Shown here in pieces: positions 55,339 to 64,000 of a stretch of DNA of 64,000 nt. Made by a program: the position numbers and the translations under genes. This DNA comes from Planctomycetota bacterium (GTDB lineage: Bacteria > Planctomycetota > GCA-002687715 > CAIWVZ01). Below the pieces are notes generated by a model. It saw only the letters and a list, made by a program, of their open reading frames with translations, was not told the DNA's origin and searched no databases. The stretch spans positions 1,696,001 through 1,760,000 of the forward strand of contig JBGANV010000001.1 of assembly GCA_044222185.1 (NCBI GenBank), read 5' to 3'. Positions within the stretch are counted from its first letter, which is position 1. The number at the start of each line of letters is the position of its first letter.

Positions 55339-57900
55339 TCACTGAACCACGCGCCGCCCCACCGGTGAATGGCAGCCCGCCGGCGATCCCGTCACGTCGA
55401 TGACGATTCCGTCGATCGTGATCCCGGGCGCGGTCGAATACGGCCCGAACGTGGCGGTAGTGGAAGTCGCGACGAACCGGAATGGAGGCGTCCCCGGCGG
55501 GAGGAGCACCTGCGCGACGAGTTCGGAAGGATCCGAGGCACACAGTCCAAGATAGGGTCCCGAGCCCGCAACCCCGCACGGCGCGAGACTGAACACGTTC
55601 GCATAGTCGTGCGTCGGAATGAGGTGAGCGTTGTCGACGGTCAACCCGAAACCTCCGCTGCCCATCTGCGAGAGCACGACCGTGGGTGCGCCCGTCCCCC
55701 ATTTCGCAAGCGAGCCTGACGGAATGCCGCCGGCAGTGTCGAAACTCCCGCGGGCGAAGATCGCCGGGCCCGAGCCGTCGTCGGACAGAACGAGACCTTG
55801 GAATCGGGCCAGCCCCTGCACCTGACTCACCGAAGGAAGCGTCTCCCAAGTGGCGCCGCGGAGCCGATGAATCGTCGCGTTCGTTGCGCAGTACAACGCG
55901 GGCCCGGAGCCGTCGTCGAGGGTCTTCAAGACTTGCGGAATGAAATTCGAGACACCGGTCGGAGGTGCGACCGGACTCCAGGACTGCCCGTTCCACCGTG
56001 CCAACCCGATCACGGGCGTTCCGCCGGCGGCGGTGATGGGACCCCCGGCGTAGAGCGCGCGACCGGTTCCGTCGTCATAGACGGCGAGCAAGACGTAGGG
56101 CAGCAGTCCGCCTCCGGTGACGCCTCCTCCGACACTCGACCACGCGAAGCCGTCCCAGCGCGCGATCGCAGCCGCGGGGAGCCCTCCAGCCGAGGAGAAG
56201 TAACCAGAAGCGAACAAGGATGGTCCGGCCCCGTCGTCGAACGTAACGAGTGAGTTGACTCTCGGCAGAATGAACCCTTGCGGTGTCCCCGTGACGCCGC
56301 CGCCGACACCGTGCCATGAGGTGCCGTCCCATCGTGCGATGTTCGCACTCGCAACACCGTTCACGGTGGCGAAGTGGCCACCGACATAGAGACCCGATGT
56401 AACGCCATCATCGACCCGCTCGAGAATGTCGATCGTGGAAGAAAGGACTGCCCCTGGATCTGCCACGGCCCCCACCTGCGTCCAGACTCCACCGTCGAGG
56501 CGTCGGAGCTCGGAGCCGGCTCCGCAGTACAGGTGCGGACCGCTTCCTGCGTCGAACGTACCGAGCGCTCCAGCCACTGGCAGGCTCGGGCCAACGGGCA
56601 GCCACCCGGTACTCCCCCGCTCGAGGACCCCGTCCCACGTGAAGCCCTGGGTCACGAGATGTCCCGCAACGTGGAGCGCTGCTCCATTCCCGAGATCCAG
56701 GTTCTCCGCCGCTGCCACTGTAGATCCAAACCCGTTCGCGGACGTCGACGGGAGGCCCGACCATGCCGTTCCGTTCCAAGCTGCGATGTTGACGGCGGTA
56801 GCACTTCCGGAACCAGTGAACCGGCCTCCAACGCACAGCGTCGGGGGTGAGGTCCAGTCCATACCAGTAAGGGACGAGATGCTGTTGGCACCGGGAAGTC
56901 CGGCCGCCATGACCGACCAGGCCGCCCCGTTCCATCGGGCTACATTCGGCGCGGCCAGGCCTCCCGCGTGGTTGAAATTCCCCGCGACATGGAGCGCCGG
57001 GCCGTTGCCGTCATCGAACGCAAGAAGGCACGTGGCGAGCCCGTCGACCCCGCTCCCGAGTGCGCCGAACGCAGGGCCATCGATGCACGCAACGTTGCTC
57101 GCTGCAACTCCGCTCGCCGACGCGAACTGACCCGCAACATACACCGAAGGACCCAAACCCGGATCGAAGGCAGCGAGGGCATAGCCGGTACTGCCGAGAG
57201 TCGTGCCCGCCCACGCATGACCGTCCCATTGGGCGACGAACCCCGTCGCGAATCCCGTCGCGAGCGCGAACCGACCGGTCGCATAGAGACGCGGGAGACC
57301 CCAGACCGATGCGACGACGAGCGCACGAACTTCCATGAGCGCTGCGGTGATCCCAGGATGGCCGGGCAGGACCACCCACCCTGCGGCCGTGAGTCGAGCG
57401 ACCCCTGACGGCAGGAACGAACCAGAGGCATACAGTTCTGGCCCGGATCCAGCATCGAACACCGCCAGTCCAGTGGGCGCCGCCGTCCCGGGTGGCGTCG
57501 GCACCGCAAACCACTGAGTCCCGTCCCACCGCGCGATGCGCGCCGACGGGACTCCGCCTGCGTTCGTGAAGTTGCCCGCAACGTAGAGCGACGCCCCTGC
57601 GCCGTCGACGGCGGTCGTCATCGCGGTCACGTCTCCGTTCAGACCCGAGCCGAGCGGCGACCAGACGGAGCCATTCCAGCGTGCAATCCTGGCGAGCGGT
57701 TGGCTGCCGATCGCCGTGAAACCGCCACCAACGATCAAAGAGGGGCCCGAGCCGTCGTCGAATGAAATCAGTTTCGTGACGTCGTAATTCGGGCCTGGGA
57801 CGGCGTATCCGGCCTGCCACGAGCCGACGCATTGGCCGATCGATACGAGCGTGGACCCAACGGCTACGCAGACTCCGCATGCCCAACGATGGAAGTTCAC
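55339..57900 (-). CDS. Secreted 14-repeat beta-propeller protein with subtype-B C-terminal module
   Basis: AAGGAG RBS before GTG 57900 and signal peptide VSIG-Q. Repeats FDDG.GP.LY.GG.F..AGG...IARW(D/N)G..W. Tail ends HSPVGRRVVQ. Confidence 0.9.
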   Translation of the reverse strand: MNFHRWACGVCVAVGSTLVSIGQCVGSWQAGYAVPGPNYDVTKLISFDDGSGPSLIVGGGFTAIGSQPLARIARWNGSVWSPLGSGLNGDVTAMTTAVDGAGASLYVAGNFTNAGGVPSARIARWDGTQWFAVPTPPGTAAPTGLAVFDAGSGPELYASGSFLPSGVARLTAAGWVVLPGHPGITAALMEVRALVVASVWGLPRLYATGRFALATGFATGFVAQWDGHAWAGTTLGSTGYALAAFDPGLGPSVYVAGQFASASGVAASNVACIDGPAFGALGSGVDGLATCLLAFDDGNGPALHVAGNFNHAGGLAAPNVARWNGAAWSVMAAGLPGANSISSLTGMDWTSPPTLCVGGRFTGSGSATAVNIAAWNGTAWSGLPSTSANGFGSTVAAAENLDLGNGAALHVAGHLVTQGFTWDGVLERGSTGWLPVGPSLPVAGALGTFDAGSGPHLYCGAGSELRRLDGGVWTQVGAVADPGAVLSSTIDILERVDDGVTSGLYVGGHFATVNGVASANIARWDGTSWHGVGGGVTGTPQGFILPRVNSLVTFDDGAGPSLFASGYFSSAGGLPAAAIARWDGFAWSSVGGGVTGGGLLPYVLLAVYDDGTGRALYAGGPITAAGGTPVIGLARWNGQSWSPVAPPTGVSNFIPQVLKTLDDGSGPALYCATNATIHRLRGATWETLPSVSQVQGLARFQGLVLSDDGSGPAIFARGSFDTAGGIPSGSLAKWGTGAPTVVLSQMGSGGFGLTVDNAHLIPTHDYANVFSLAPCGVAGSGPYLGLCASDPSELVAQVLLPPGTPPFRFVATSTTATFGPYSTAPGITIDGIVIDVTGSPAGCHSPVGRRVVQ

Positions 57901-58278
57901 CTGAGGCTCCTTGCCGGCCGCCCCTTCGTGGGTGCGTGCGCGACCGAGGGAAACACCGGCCCGTGCAATCCTACGAGCGGAGGTGAAACTGGGCGCACGA
58001 ATGCACGTCACCGCCCTCGTTCTCGCTCGCGTGCCCGCGACGCCTCCCGCTGAGCCTGATCATCGGCCTCATAGCTCCGACGGGTGTCGGCCGACGAGGC
58101 CGAGCCTGATCGCGACGGGTCCCCATGTTGCCGCCCGGTACTCGTGTCTGATGCTTCCCCAGTTCAGTGGTTGCTTGCAGTCCGTTCTGACCATCCGCCC
58201 GAGTACCGATAGGCACTCGCTCCAACGACCGCCAGATCGCCTTCATCGCCCGCCATTGCCCGACCGCACCTCGCCCCG

Positions 58279-59181
58279 TCACCTTCGATCGTCGACCGGG
58301 CCACCCGTCGGGATCACGTCCCCATCGGTCGTGACGAGCACGCGTCCAGCCATGGCGAAGCAGCAGGCACGTGGCCTCCCGAGATCCCGCGCGAAGAGGA
58401 CCTCCCCGTCCGATGCTCGGAGCCTCAGCAGACGCTTGGCTCCGTCGCTTTCGTACCGAAATTCGACCGCCACGATGTCGCCGTCAGACTCATCGTGCGC
58501 GAGGTTCAGGACGTGGCTATCCGGTGCCGAGGTATGACGCCACCGCTCACGTCCCGAGGAAACGTCGAGGCATCGGAGCGGGCCGCCACTCTCCGAGAGC
58601 AGGAGCAAACCTGGCGCGAATGCGACGCCGAGGAACGCGAACGTCGTCCGTTCGACGACGAAGCGTCGGACTCCACGTGAGTCGACGACACACGGATGCG
58701 TAGCATCGACGAAATGGACGGCGTCGTACGGGCTCTCGTGAAGCTCGCGTGCACCACGTAGCGAATACGTCGTCTCGCCGGTTCTCAGGTCGAGAGCTAC
58801 CAGCGCGGAAGCAACGAACCCGCAGTACCCCGTCAAGCCATCCCGCGACAATGTGACGCATTGGATCTTCTTGAGGTCCTTGCGGCGCCACACCTCCCGC
58901 TGCAACGAGGCCGAGTAGAACGCCACGCCGCTGACGTGGTAAGCCGCCGCCAACACGCCATCGAGAGGGTCCGAGAGAGCGAGTCGGCGGCCACCGAAGT
59001 CGAACGTCGTCTCGAGGATGTCCGAGCGCGCACCGCTTGCGAGGTCTCGAATCTCGACGTGCTTCTCGAATGCGGCGAACAGGACTCTGTGACCCGCCGA
59101 CGAAGCCACCACGGCCGTTGCCCTGAAGCGTGGCGCCGACGAAGCACCACTCGGGCCTTGCGTTCCCTCCACTGAACTCAT
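58279..59181 (-). CDS. Hypothetical WD40/PQQ-like beta-propeller protein
   Basis: GGAGG RBS. Repeats ALDLRTGET, CLDVSSGRERW, RLRASDGEVL, IRDLASGAR. Confidence 0.7.
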   Translation of the reverse strand: MSSVEGTQGPSGASSAPRFRATAVVASSAGHRVLFAAFEKHVEIRDLASGARSDILETTFDFGGRRLALSDPLDGVLAAAYHVSGVAFYSASLQREVWRRKDLKKIQCVTLSRDGLTGYCGFVASALVALDLRTGETTYSLRGARELHESPYDAVHFVDATHPCVVDSRGVRRFVVERTTFAFLGVAFAPGLLLLSESGGPLRCLDVSSGRERWRHTSAPDSHVLNLAHDESDGDIVAVEFRYESDGAKRLLRLRASDGEVLFARDLGRPRACCFAMAGRVLVTTDGDVIPTGGPVDDRR

Positions 59182-59227
59182 GGACGCCTCCACGACACAC
59201 GGGGCCGAGCGCGCGCGCAAAGCGACT

Positions 59228-59509
59228 TCAACCGAGCCACCGGCTGAGGACGCTCATCAGCTCACTGAACCCGTGATCCTCGTGTCTCTCGATGCACTCC
59301 GGCTCGCCGTCGCGACTCGCTTCGACCTCGCAGAAATATCGTCCCGGTGGCATTTGGAACGTCGACACATACGCGACTAGTCCCGGCCGCGACGTCGCGC
59401 CGATCCCGATTGCACACAGGTCGGCATCCCAATGGTCTACGGTCACCCATCCATGCTCTGCCAACGCGCACCGCTCGAGCAATTGCTCGATTGCTGGATC
59501 TTTCACCAC
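59228..59509 (-). CDS. Small hypothetical protein
   Basis: KDPAI..LL...VDHWDADLCAIGI...LVAYVSTF...RYFCEVE has natural protein composition. Start uncertain (59506-59527). Confidence 0.6.
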   Translation of the reverse strand: MVKDPAIEQLLERCALAEHGWVTVDHWDADLCAIGIGATSRPGLVAYVSTFQMPPGRYFCEVEASRDGEPECIERHEDHGFSELMSVLSRWLG

Positions 59510-59751
59510 GGCAAGAACTCCAAACACTGAGGCTCTGGGGATAGTGGCGCCGCCTGGGCGAATGCTGCGACGACTCGGGTCACACGCTGGCTCCGATGCC
59601 CCCTTGACCCGACTGATCGCCTACGCGCCAAGGTGCGTGCCATCGCTGGGGCGCCCATCGCCACGGTGGTTCCCTCAGCGTAGGCCGTTCCGTTCACCCG
59701 TCAACCGTCATCGACTCACGCTGTACGATCAGAACCCAAAGGAGTCCCACG

Positions 59752-60261
59752 ATGAAAGGCTTTCTGGCGGGTGTTGGTGCCGCGACCGTGCTGTTCGCGC
59801 TGACGTCGTTCGCGTACTGGTCCGGCAAGGCGGAGAGAGTGGCGCAGCCACCGCCCACGGCGAGGCGAACCGGACCGCTCCGGATCGAGGATCTCACGCT
59901 GGACCGAGCGTTTCGCCAGCGTATCGACGTTCCGCTCGTTGGCTCGGCGCTCGCAGTCCCGTTTCCTCCGACCGTCGGGGTCGTCATTCGCTCCCTCACG
60001 ACGACGCGGAGTGGAGACCCCGACAACGGCAGCCTTCAGGTTCACATGGCGATAAACGGCACTCCGGACGAGCGCGTGATGTTCGGTTTGATCTACGGGT
60101 ACAACTCGGACGCCGATCGCGGCCAAACGGTGACGCTCGATCCGCCGCTTGTCGTGCGCCCCGGGGATGCATTGACAATGTGGTTCGAGGGGCTCTCTGC
60201 GTCGCAGACGTCGTTGAACCTCACGATCGGCGGCTATTTCGTTTACCCCGGCGAGGTGTAG
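59752..60261 (+). CDS. Hypothetical membrane-anchored or exported beta-rich protein
   Basis: AAGGAG RBS. MKGFLAGVGAATVLFAL hydrophobic N-terminus. LDPPLVVRPGDAL motif. Confidence 0.7.
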   Translation: MKGFLAGVGAATVLFALTSFAYWSGKAERVAQPPPTARRTGPLRIEDLTLDRAFRQRIDVPLVGSALAVPFPPTVGVVIRSLTTTRSGDPDNGSLQVHMAINGTPDERVMFGLIYGYNSDADRGQTVTLDPPLVVRPGDALTMWFEGLSASQTSLNLTIGGYFVYPGEV

Positions 60262-60739
60262 TCGTGATTCGGCGCTGCGTCGGAATGCGATTCGAGGAAT
60301 GCGGTGGCATCGAAGCAATTGAGCTCGGGCAGCACCTCCTGGTCGCTGAGGCGTTCGCGTTGCGTTCACGATGACGTCTCAGCTACGTGACCCCGTCGGC
60401 GGCTGCCGCCTCCCCCGGAAGCCCCTCCACCCTGCCGCGCAGGAGGAAGATTCACGACGCACAACGCCAAGTCGATCGCGGCGAAGCGTGGGGGTGCGGG
60501 GAACACGTCGGTCGGGTCGAGCCGGGCGGTGGGTTCGACGCCGTTGTCCGGGCAGTCGGCGGCTGGAGAGTGAGCCTCCCCGATCAGGCTTGCCCACCGA
60601 CCGCCCACACTCCGAGCGCCCGGAATGGCGTTCGGTGTCTCAGCGTGGCGAACCGCTCGACGCGGCGCGTCGTCCTCTCTTCGGCCTGAAACCGTTGCGA
60701 CAGCCCGCGTCGTGACACCATGTCGCACGCTGTCTGAAA

Positions 60740-60780
60740 TGGGAGCGCCGGGGGTCGAACCCGGGACCTACGGATTAAAA
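60740..60780 (-). tRNA. 3' half of tRNA-Lys(UUU); displaced fragment or att site, not a functional tRNA
   Basis: Minus strand TTTTAA-TCCGT-AGGTC-CCGGG-TTCGACC-CCCGG-CGCTCCC-A gives anticodon loop, 3' anticodon stem, T-arm, 3' acceptor strand and discriminator. The 5' half is absent. Confidence 0.85.
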
Positions 60781-63700
60781 ACGACCCCAGGCGACCGGAC
60801 CGATCACGACGTCCCAAGCGGACAGAGTACGACAGAAGCCTTGCGAGACAACGACTTCCGACCATTCCCGTTCGAGTGAGTCGCACGGCCATCTGGACGC
60901 CAGCGGACCCGAAACGGTCGCGAAGTTGGCAGTATTCTGGCAATGTCATCGCTCCGAACGACGCCGTCAACGTTTCGCCCGTCGGGACGGATTTCGAACC
61001 AAGGGTCCAACTAACCCCTCATACCGCCTGAAGAGCTCCTCCATGCGTTCCCGCTCGGATGCGAATGCTCCACCTCGATAGCAGCGATCCACTGCCCGAT
61101 CGAGCTGCTGGTGCGCGTCTACGAGATCGGGGGGCATCGAAAGAGGATCGTAGATGTCAGCGAAGGTCGCCTTCCCGTGTGGCGGCAGGTAGCGCTCGCG
61201 CACTTGCAAGACCAACTGTGCCGCAGACGTAACTTTCGATCGCCGCCGATCATCCACGCGAGGCCAGGGAAAGTTGTTGTAGATGAGCGTACTCGAGTAG
61301 CGATAATCCGATTTTAGTCGCCCGCCGATGGTGCGGACCCATGCCATGTGCATGGCTGACGTCACTATCCCAAATTCCCACAAGCCAGCTTGCTCAATAA
61401 CGAACAACTCCGTGCTCGCTATGACGTTTGCATCGAGAAATCCGATCGGTATGTAGCGGCGCACCTCGGCGGATGTCTTTGGCACGGCCAGGTAGGAACC
61501 CGACGGTTGACGGATCTCGCCGAATAGACTCGGTTGCATAGCGAGGTGTTTTGTAGCTTCACGAGAGCTGCGACTCCTCACTTCGCGCACCGCCTCGACA
61601 CGTTCTAAGAGGCGAGGCATGCCACGAAGCACCGACGGATCAACGCCGACGAGCCAGAGGCACCACCGATCAAGCCCGTTGATGAACTCCACTGAACCCC
61701 GGAATGGCCTGATAAACGGAGCCGTGCCCGGCTCCTCCGCGATTAGTGCGTTCCGTTCTGCGGAACTCAGCAGGAGGTAGCCCCCATCATTGGGCATACT
61801 CCCAAATGAAATGGGCCGTTGACCACTTAGTGGACGCTGGGTGAGAGAAACGACCACATCAGAGCCCGCGATGAGATAGGGACTGATGTTGGCAACCCTC
61901 GTCGCCGTCGCCGCTCCATCAGGACCGTACTCAAATATCATCTTCGGATCATAGTTGCGAGCGCCGAAGCCAACTATCACCACATGAACGCTAGCGCCGC
62001 CACGCGCCTCGCTCTGCCACCGAAATGTACGATGGGCTATGTGGATCTTGACGCCATGCTTCCCATAGAGGGTCGACCAGAGGATTTCGACTTGCTCGCC
62101 TTGCGCAATAGAGTTCGTTGAGACAAACGCAACGCGGCAATCCGTCCCTTCTATGAACTGAGCTGCCTTTCGATACCAGCAAGTCACATAGTCAAGCGTT
62201 AGGCCTCCAGCTGTGTCGCCCCAGACTCTTTCCATATCCGAAGTCTGGCTTGCCTTACGAAACCTTTTTCCGACGAAGGGTGGATTGCCGAGCACGTAGG
62301 TGCAATCCGCGGCCGGGATGAGGTCATTCCAGTCAAAATCCAATGCGTTGCGACAAAGCACATGCGGCGACTTCTCAAGTGGAAGTCTTTTGTAGCTCTC
62401 ACCAAACGCCTCCGACACGGCGGTGTTCATCTGATGGTCCATGAGCCAAATCGCTACTTCTGCAATCCTGGCGGGCCATTCATCTATTTCGATCCCATAG
62501 AATTGGTCGACGTCAACCCACACGATCTGCCGAATGTCAAGCAGCTTCTCGTCGGGATTGTAGATTTCTTTGAGCACGTCCAATTCTAGCGAGCGCAGCT
62601 CTCTATAGGCGATGATGAGAAAGTTCCCGCAACCGCAGGCAGGATCAAGGATATTCACACTCCGGAGTTTTGCGTGAAACGCACGAAGGCGTGCGTCGCG
62701 TCCGGTCGATCGGTCGGCTTTCCTCAATTCAAATTCCGTGCGAAGCGAGTCGAGGAACAGTGAGCGTATCACCCGGAGAATGTCCCGCTCAGAGGTGTAA
62801 TGTGCGCCTGCTTGGCGACGCTCGGTGTCCAGAAGCACCCCCTGGAACAGGCTGCCAAATACAGCAGGTGACACTTTCGCCCAGACGAAGTCGGTGGCTG
62901 CCAACAATGCGGCCCGCATTGCTCGAGTGAAGACCGGAAACGAAAGACGTTCGGCAAACAAGTCGCCATTGACATAGGGGAACAAGGCGACATCGTCCGG
63001 GAGAGCAGCCTGCCGTTTTTCCGAGGGCGTATTGAGAATGTCGAAGAGGTAGTTGAGTTGCGCCCCTACGTCCGCACCATCCTCGGACGTGCGCTCCCTC
63101 AAGAATGATTGGAACGCGTTGGGCTCAAATACGCCAGTGTCTTCAGCGAACAAACAGAACAGTATCCGAACGAGCAGGCGCTCCAGGTCCGGACCCGCAA
63201 CGCCACCCCCCTTGAGGGCATCGTGGAGCTCGCACATCCGCGCATACGCCTTCTCATTTGCCGGATCTTGGGGGTCGACGCGCCGCAGAGACTCGCCCTT
63301 GATAAATGCGAAGTCCCTCACATGCTTATGGAGCTGTGATAGTGGAACTATTTTTGGAATGATCTCACTGGCACCACTTGGCTTCGGGCTATCCGACTCC
63401 AGGTCATAGAGCGCGATTCTCTGAAAGTCGGATACAATGATAAATCGTGGGACCGCGTCATCCCGGCCCTCTCGTATGAGGTCCGCAATGTAGGAGAAGG
63501 CCTGAGACTCTGCTCGATCCAGGCTCTCACCTCGGCTCTTGTGTTCGACCAGCAGTGTCCCGCTCCAAAGCAGGTCTATTCGATTATACCGCTTACGAAT
63601 GTTCTTAACCGCTACTTGGAACGTCGCCAGATGACGACGGTTCCTTCCAAAAACCTGGAAGAACTCGTTCCAGAATGTCTGGCTCTCACCAGCTTCGCTA

Positions 63701-64000
63701 GCAACGTCTTCGAATGCTCGCGCAAATCTCATTGCGCGGTCGCGAACTTCATTCCAACTAAGGCTCATCGGTTATCGATGGATCGAACTTGCGCAACGCT
63801 GCCGGGGCCAACCATTGAGCCGCGAACGCCTTTATCGCCGTCGAGCACGACAGCCGTCTTCGCGATCATGCGTTTCCGCATCTCTGACTCCAGTTGGCCG
63901 CACGACCACCGTCGTGGAAGCGAGATTCCATCGAGTGACGGTACCACGGGCCCGACGGGCTTCGAGACTGCGAACCGTGGAAGATCGCTGCGGTTCGCCA
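60781..64000. mobile_element. Left end of a putative tRNA-Lys-integrated genomic island extending past the window
   Basis: Bounded by the tRNA 3' fragment, visibly lower GC with many A/T-ending codons, and carries an RM gene. No integrase inside the window. Confidence 0.7.
60967..63768 (-). CDS. MmeI-family type IIL restriction-modification enzyme (fused endonuclease, m6A methyltransferase and TRD)
   Basis: MSLSWNEVR N-terminus as in MmeI. IDL.W...LVEHKSRG nuclease motif, GAHYTS, LDPACGCGNFL (motif I), GNPPF (motif IV), GRLKSDYRYS..YNNFPWP. Confidence 0.93.
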   Translation of the reverse strand: MSLSWNEVRDRAMRFARAFEDVASEAGESQTFWNEFFQVFGRNRRHLATFQVAVKNIRKRYNRIDLLWSGTLLVEHKSRGESLDRAESQAFSYIADLIREGRDDAVPRFIIVSDFQRIALYDLESDSPKPSGASEIIPKIVPLSQLHKHVRDFAFIKGESLRRVDPQDPANEKAYARMCELHDALKGGGVAGPDLERLLVRILFCLFAEDTGVFEPNAFQSFLRERTSEDGADVGAQLNYLFDILNTPSEKRQAALPDDVALFPYVNGDLFAERLSFPVFTRAMRAALLAATDFVWAKVSPAVFGSLFQGVLLDTERRQAGAHYTSERDILRVIRSLFLDSLRTEFELRKADRSTGRDARLRAFHAKLRSVNILDPACGCGNFLIIAYRELRSLELDVLKEIYNPDEKLLDIRQIVWVDVDQFYGIEIDEWPARIAEVAIWLMDHQMNTAVSEAFGESYKRLPLEKSPHVLCRNALDFDWNDLIPAADCTYVLGNPPFVGKRFRKASQTSDMERVWGDTAGGLTLDYVTCWYRKAAQFIEGTDCRVAFVSTNSIAQGEQVEILWSTLYGKHGVKIHIAHRTFRWQSEARGGASVHVVIVGFGARNYDPKMIFEYGPDGAATATRVANISPYLIAGSDVVVSLTQRPLSGQRPISFGSMPNDGGYLLLSSAERNALIAEEPGTAPFIRPFRGSVEFINGLDRWCLWLVGVDPSVLRGMPRLLERVEAVREVRSRSSREATKHLAMQPSLFGEIRQPSGSYLAVPKTSAEVRRYIPIGFLDANVIASTELFVIEQAGLWEFGIVTSAMHMAWVRTIGGRLKSDYRYSSTLIYNNFPWPRVDDRRRSKVTSAAQLVLQVRERYLPPHGKATFADIYDPLSMPPDLVDAHQQLDRAVDRCYRGGAFASERERMEELFRRYEGLVGPLVRNPSRRAKR

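Noticed and set aside
60740-60830. Intact or intron-split tRNA-Lys
   Set aside because: No 5' acceptor strand, D-arm or 5' anticodon stem adjacent, and no intron features recognised. An att fragment explains it better.
1-64000. CRISPR array, rRNA, transposase or integrase, PEP-CTERM/exosortase, T9SS machinery
   Set aside because: None seen by eye: no regularly spaced repeats, no catalytic motifs, and no VPEP-TM-basic tails.

Overview
High-GC window, most likely from a Planctomycetota genome (inference from ECF sigma/Ser-Thr kinase pairs, a DUF1501/DUF1800 pair and many secreted modular proteins). About 40 CDSs are supportable. The dominant signal is 17 secreted proteins with unrelated passenger domains (FG-GAP propellers, LamG, choice-of-anchor L, matrixin, C25-like, beta-helix, NIDO-like, 14-blade repeat). 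All carry a related ~110-135 aa beta-rich module. It is C-terminal in 16 (one copy circularly permuted) and N-terminal in one. Sixteen of the 17 have Gln right after the predicted signal-peptidase site. This looks like an unnamed protein sorting or anchoring system. Also present: three membrane Ser/Thr kinase-FGE receptors (two next to ECF sigmas), a B12-radical SAM/AspH-type dioxygenase fusion divergent from a GT4, and a matrixin with an upstream Cys1/OB-fold-like partner. There are two pseudogenes, a REP-like inverted double-hairpin pair and a structured 5' leader. At the right end, a tRNA-Lys 3'-half att scar borders a lower-GC island carrying an MmeI-family type IIL restriction-modification gene. 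All family calls come from motif recognition by eye; no searches were run.
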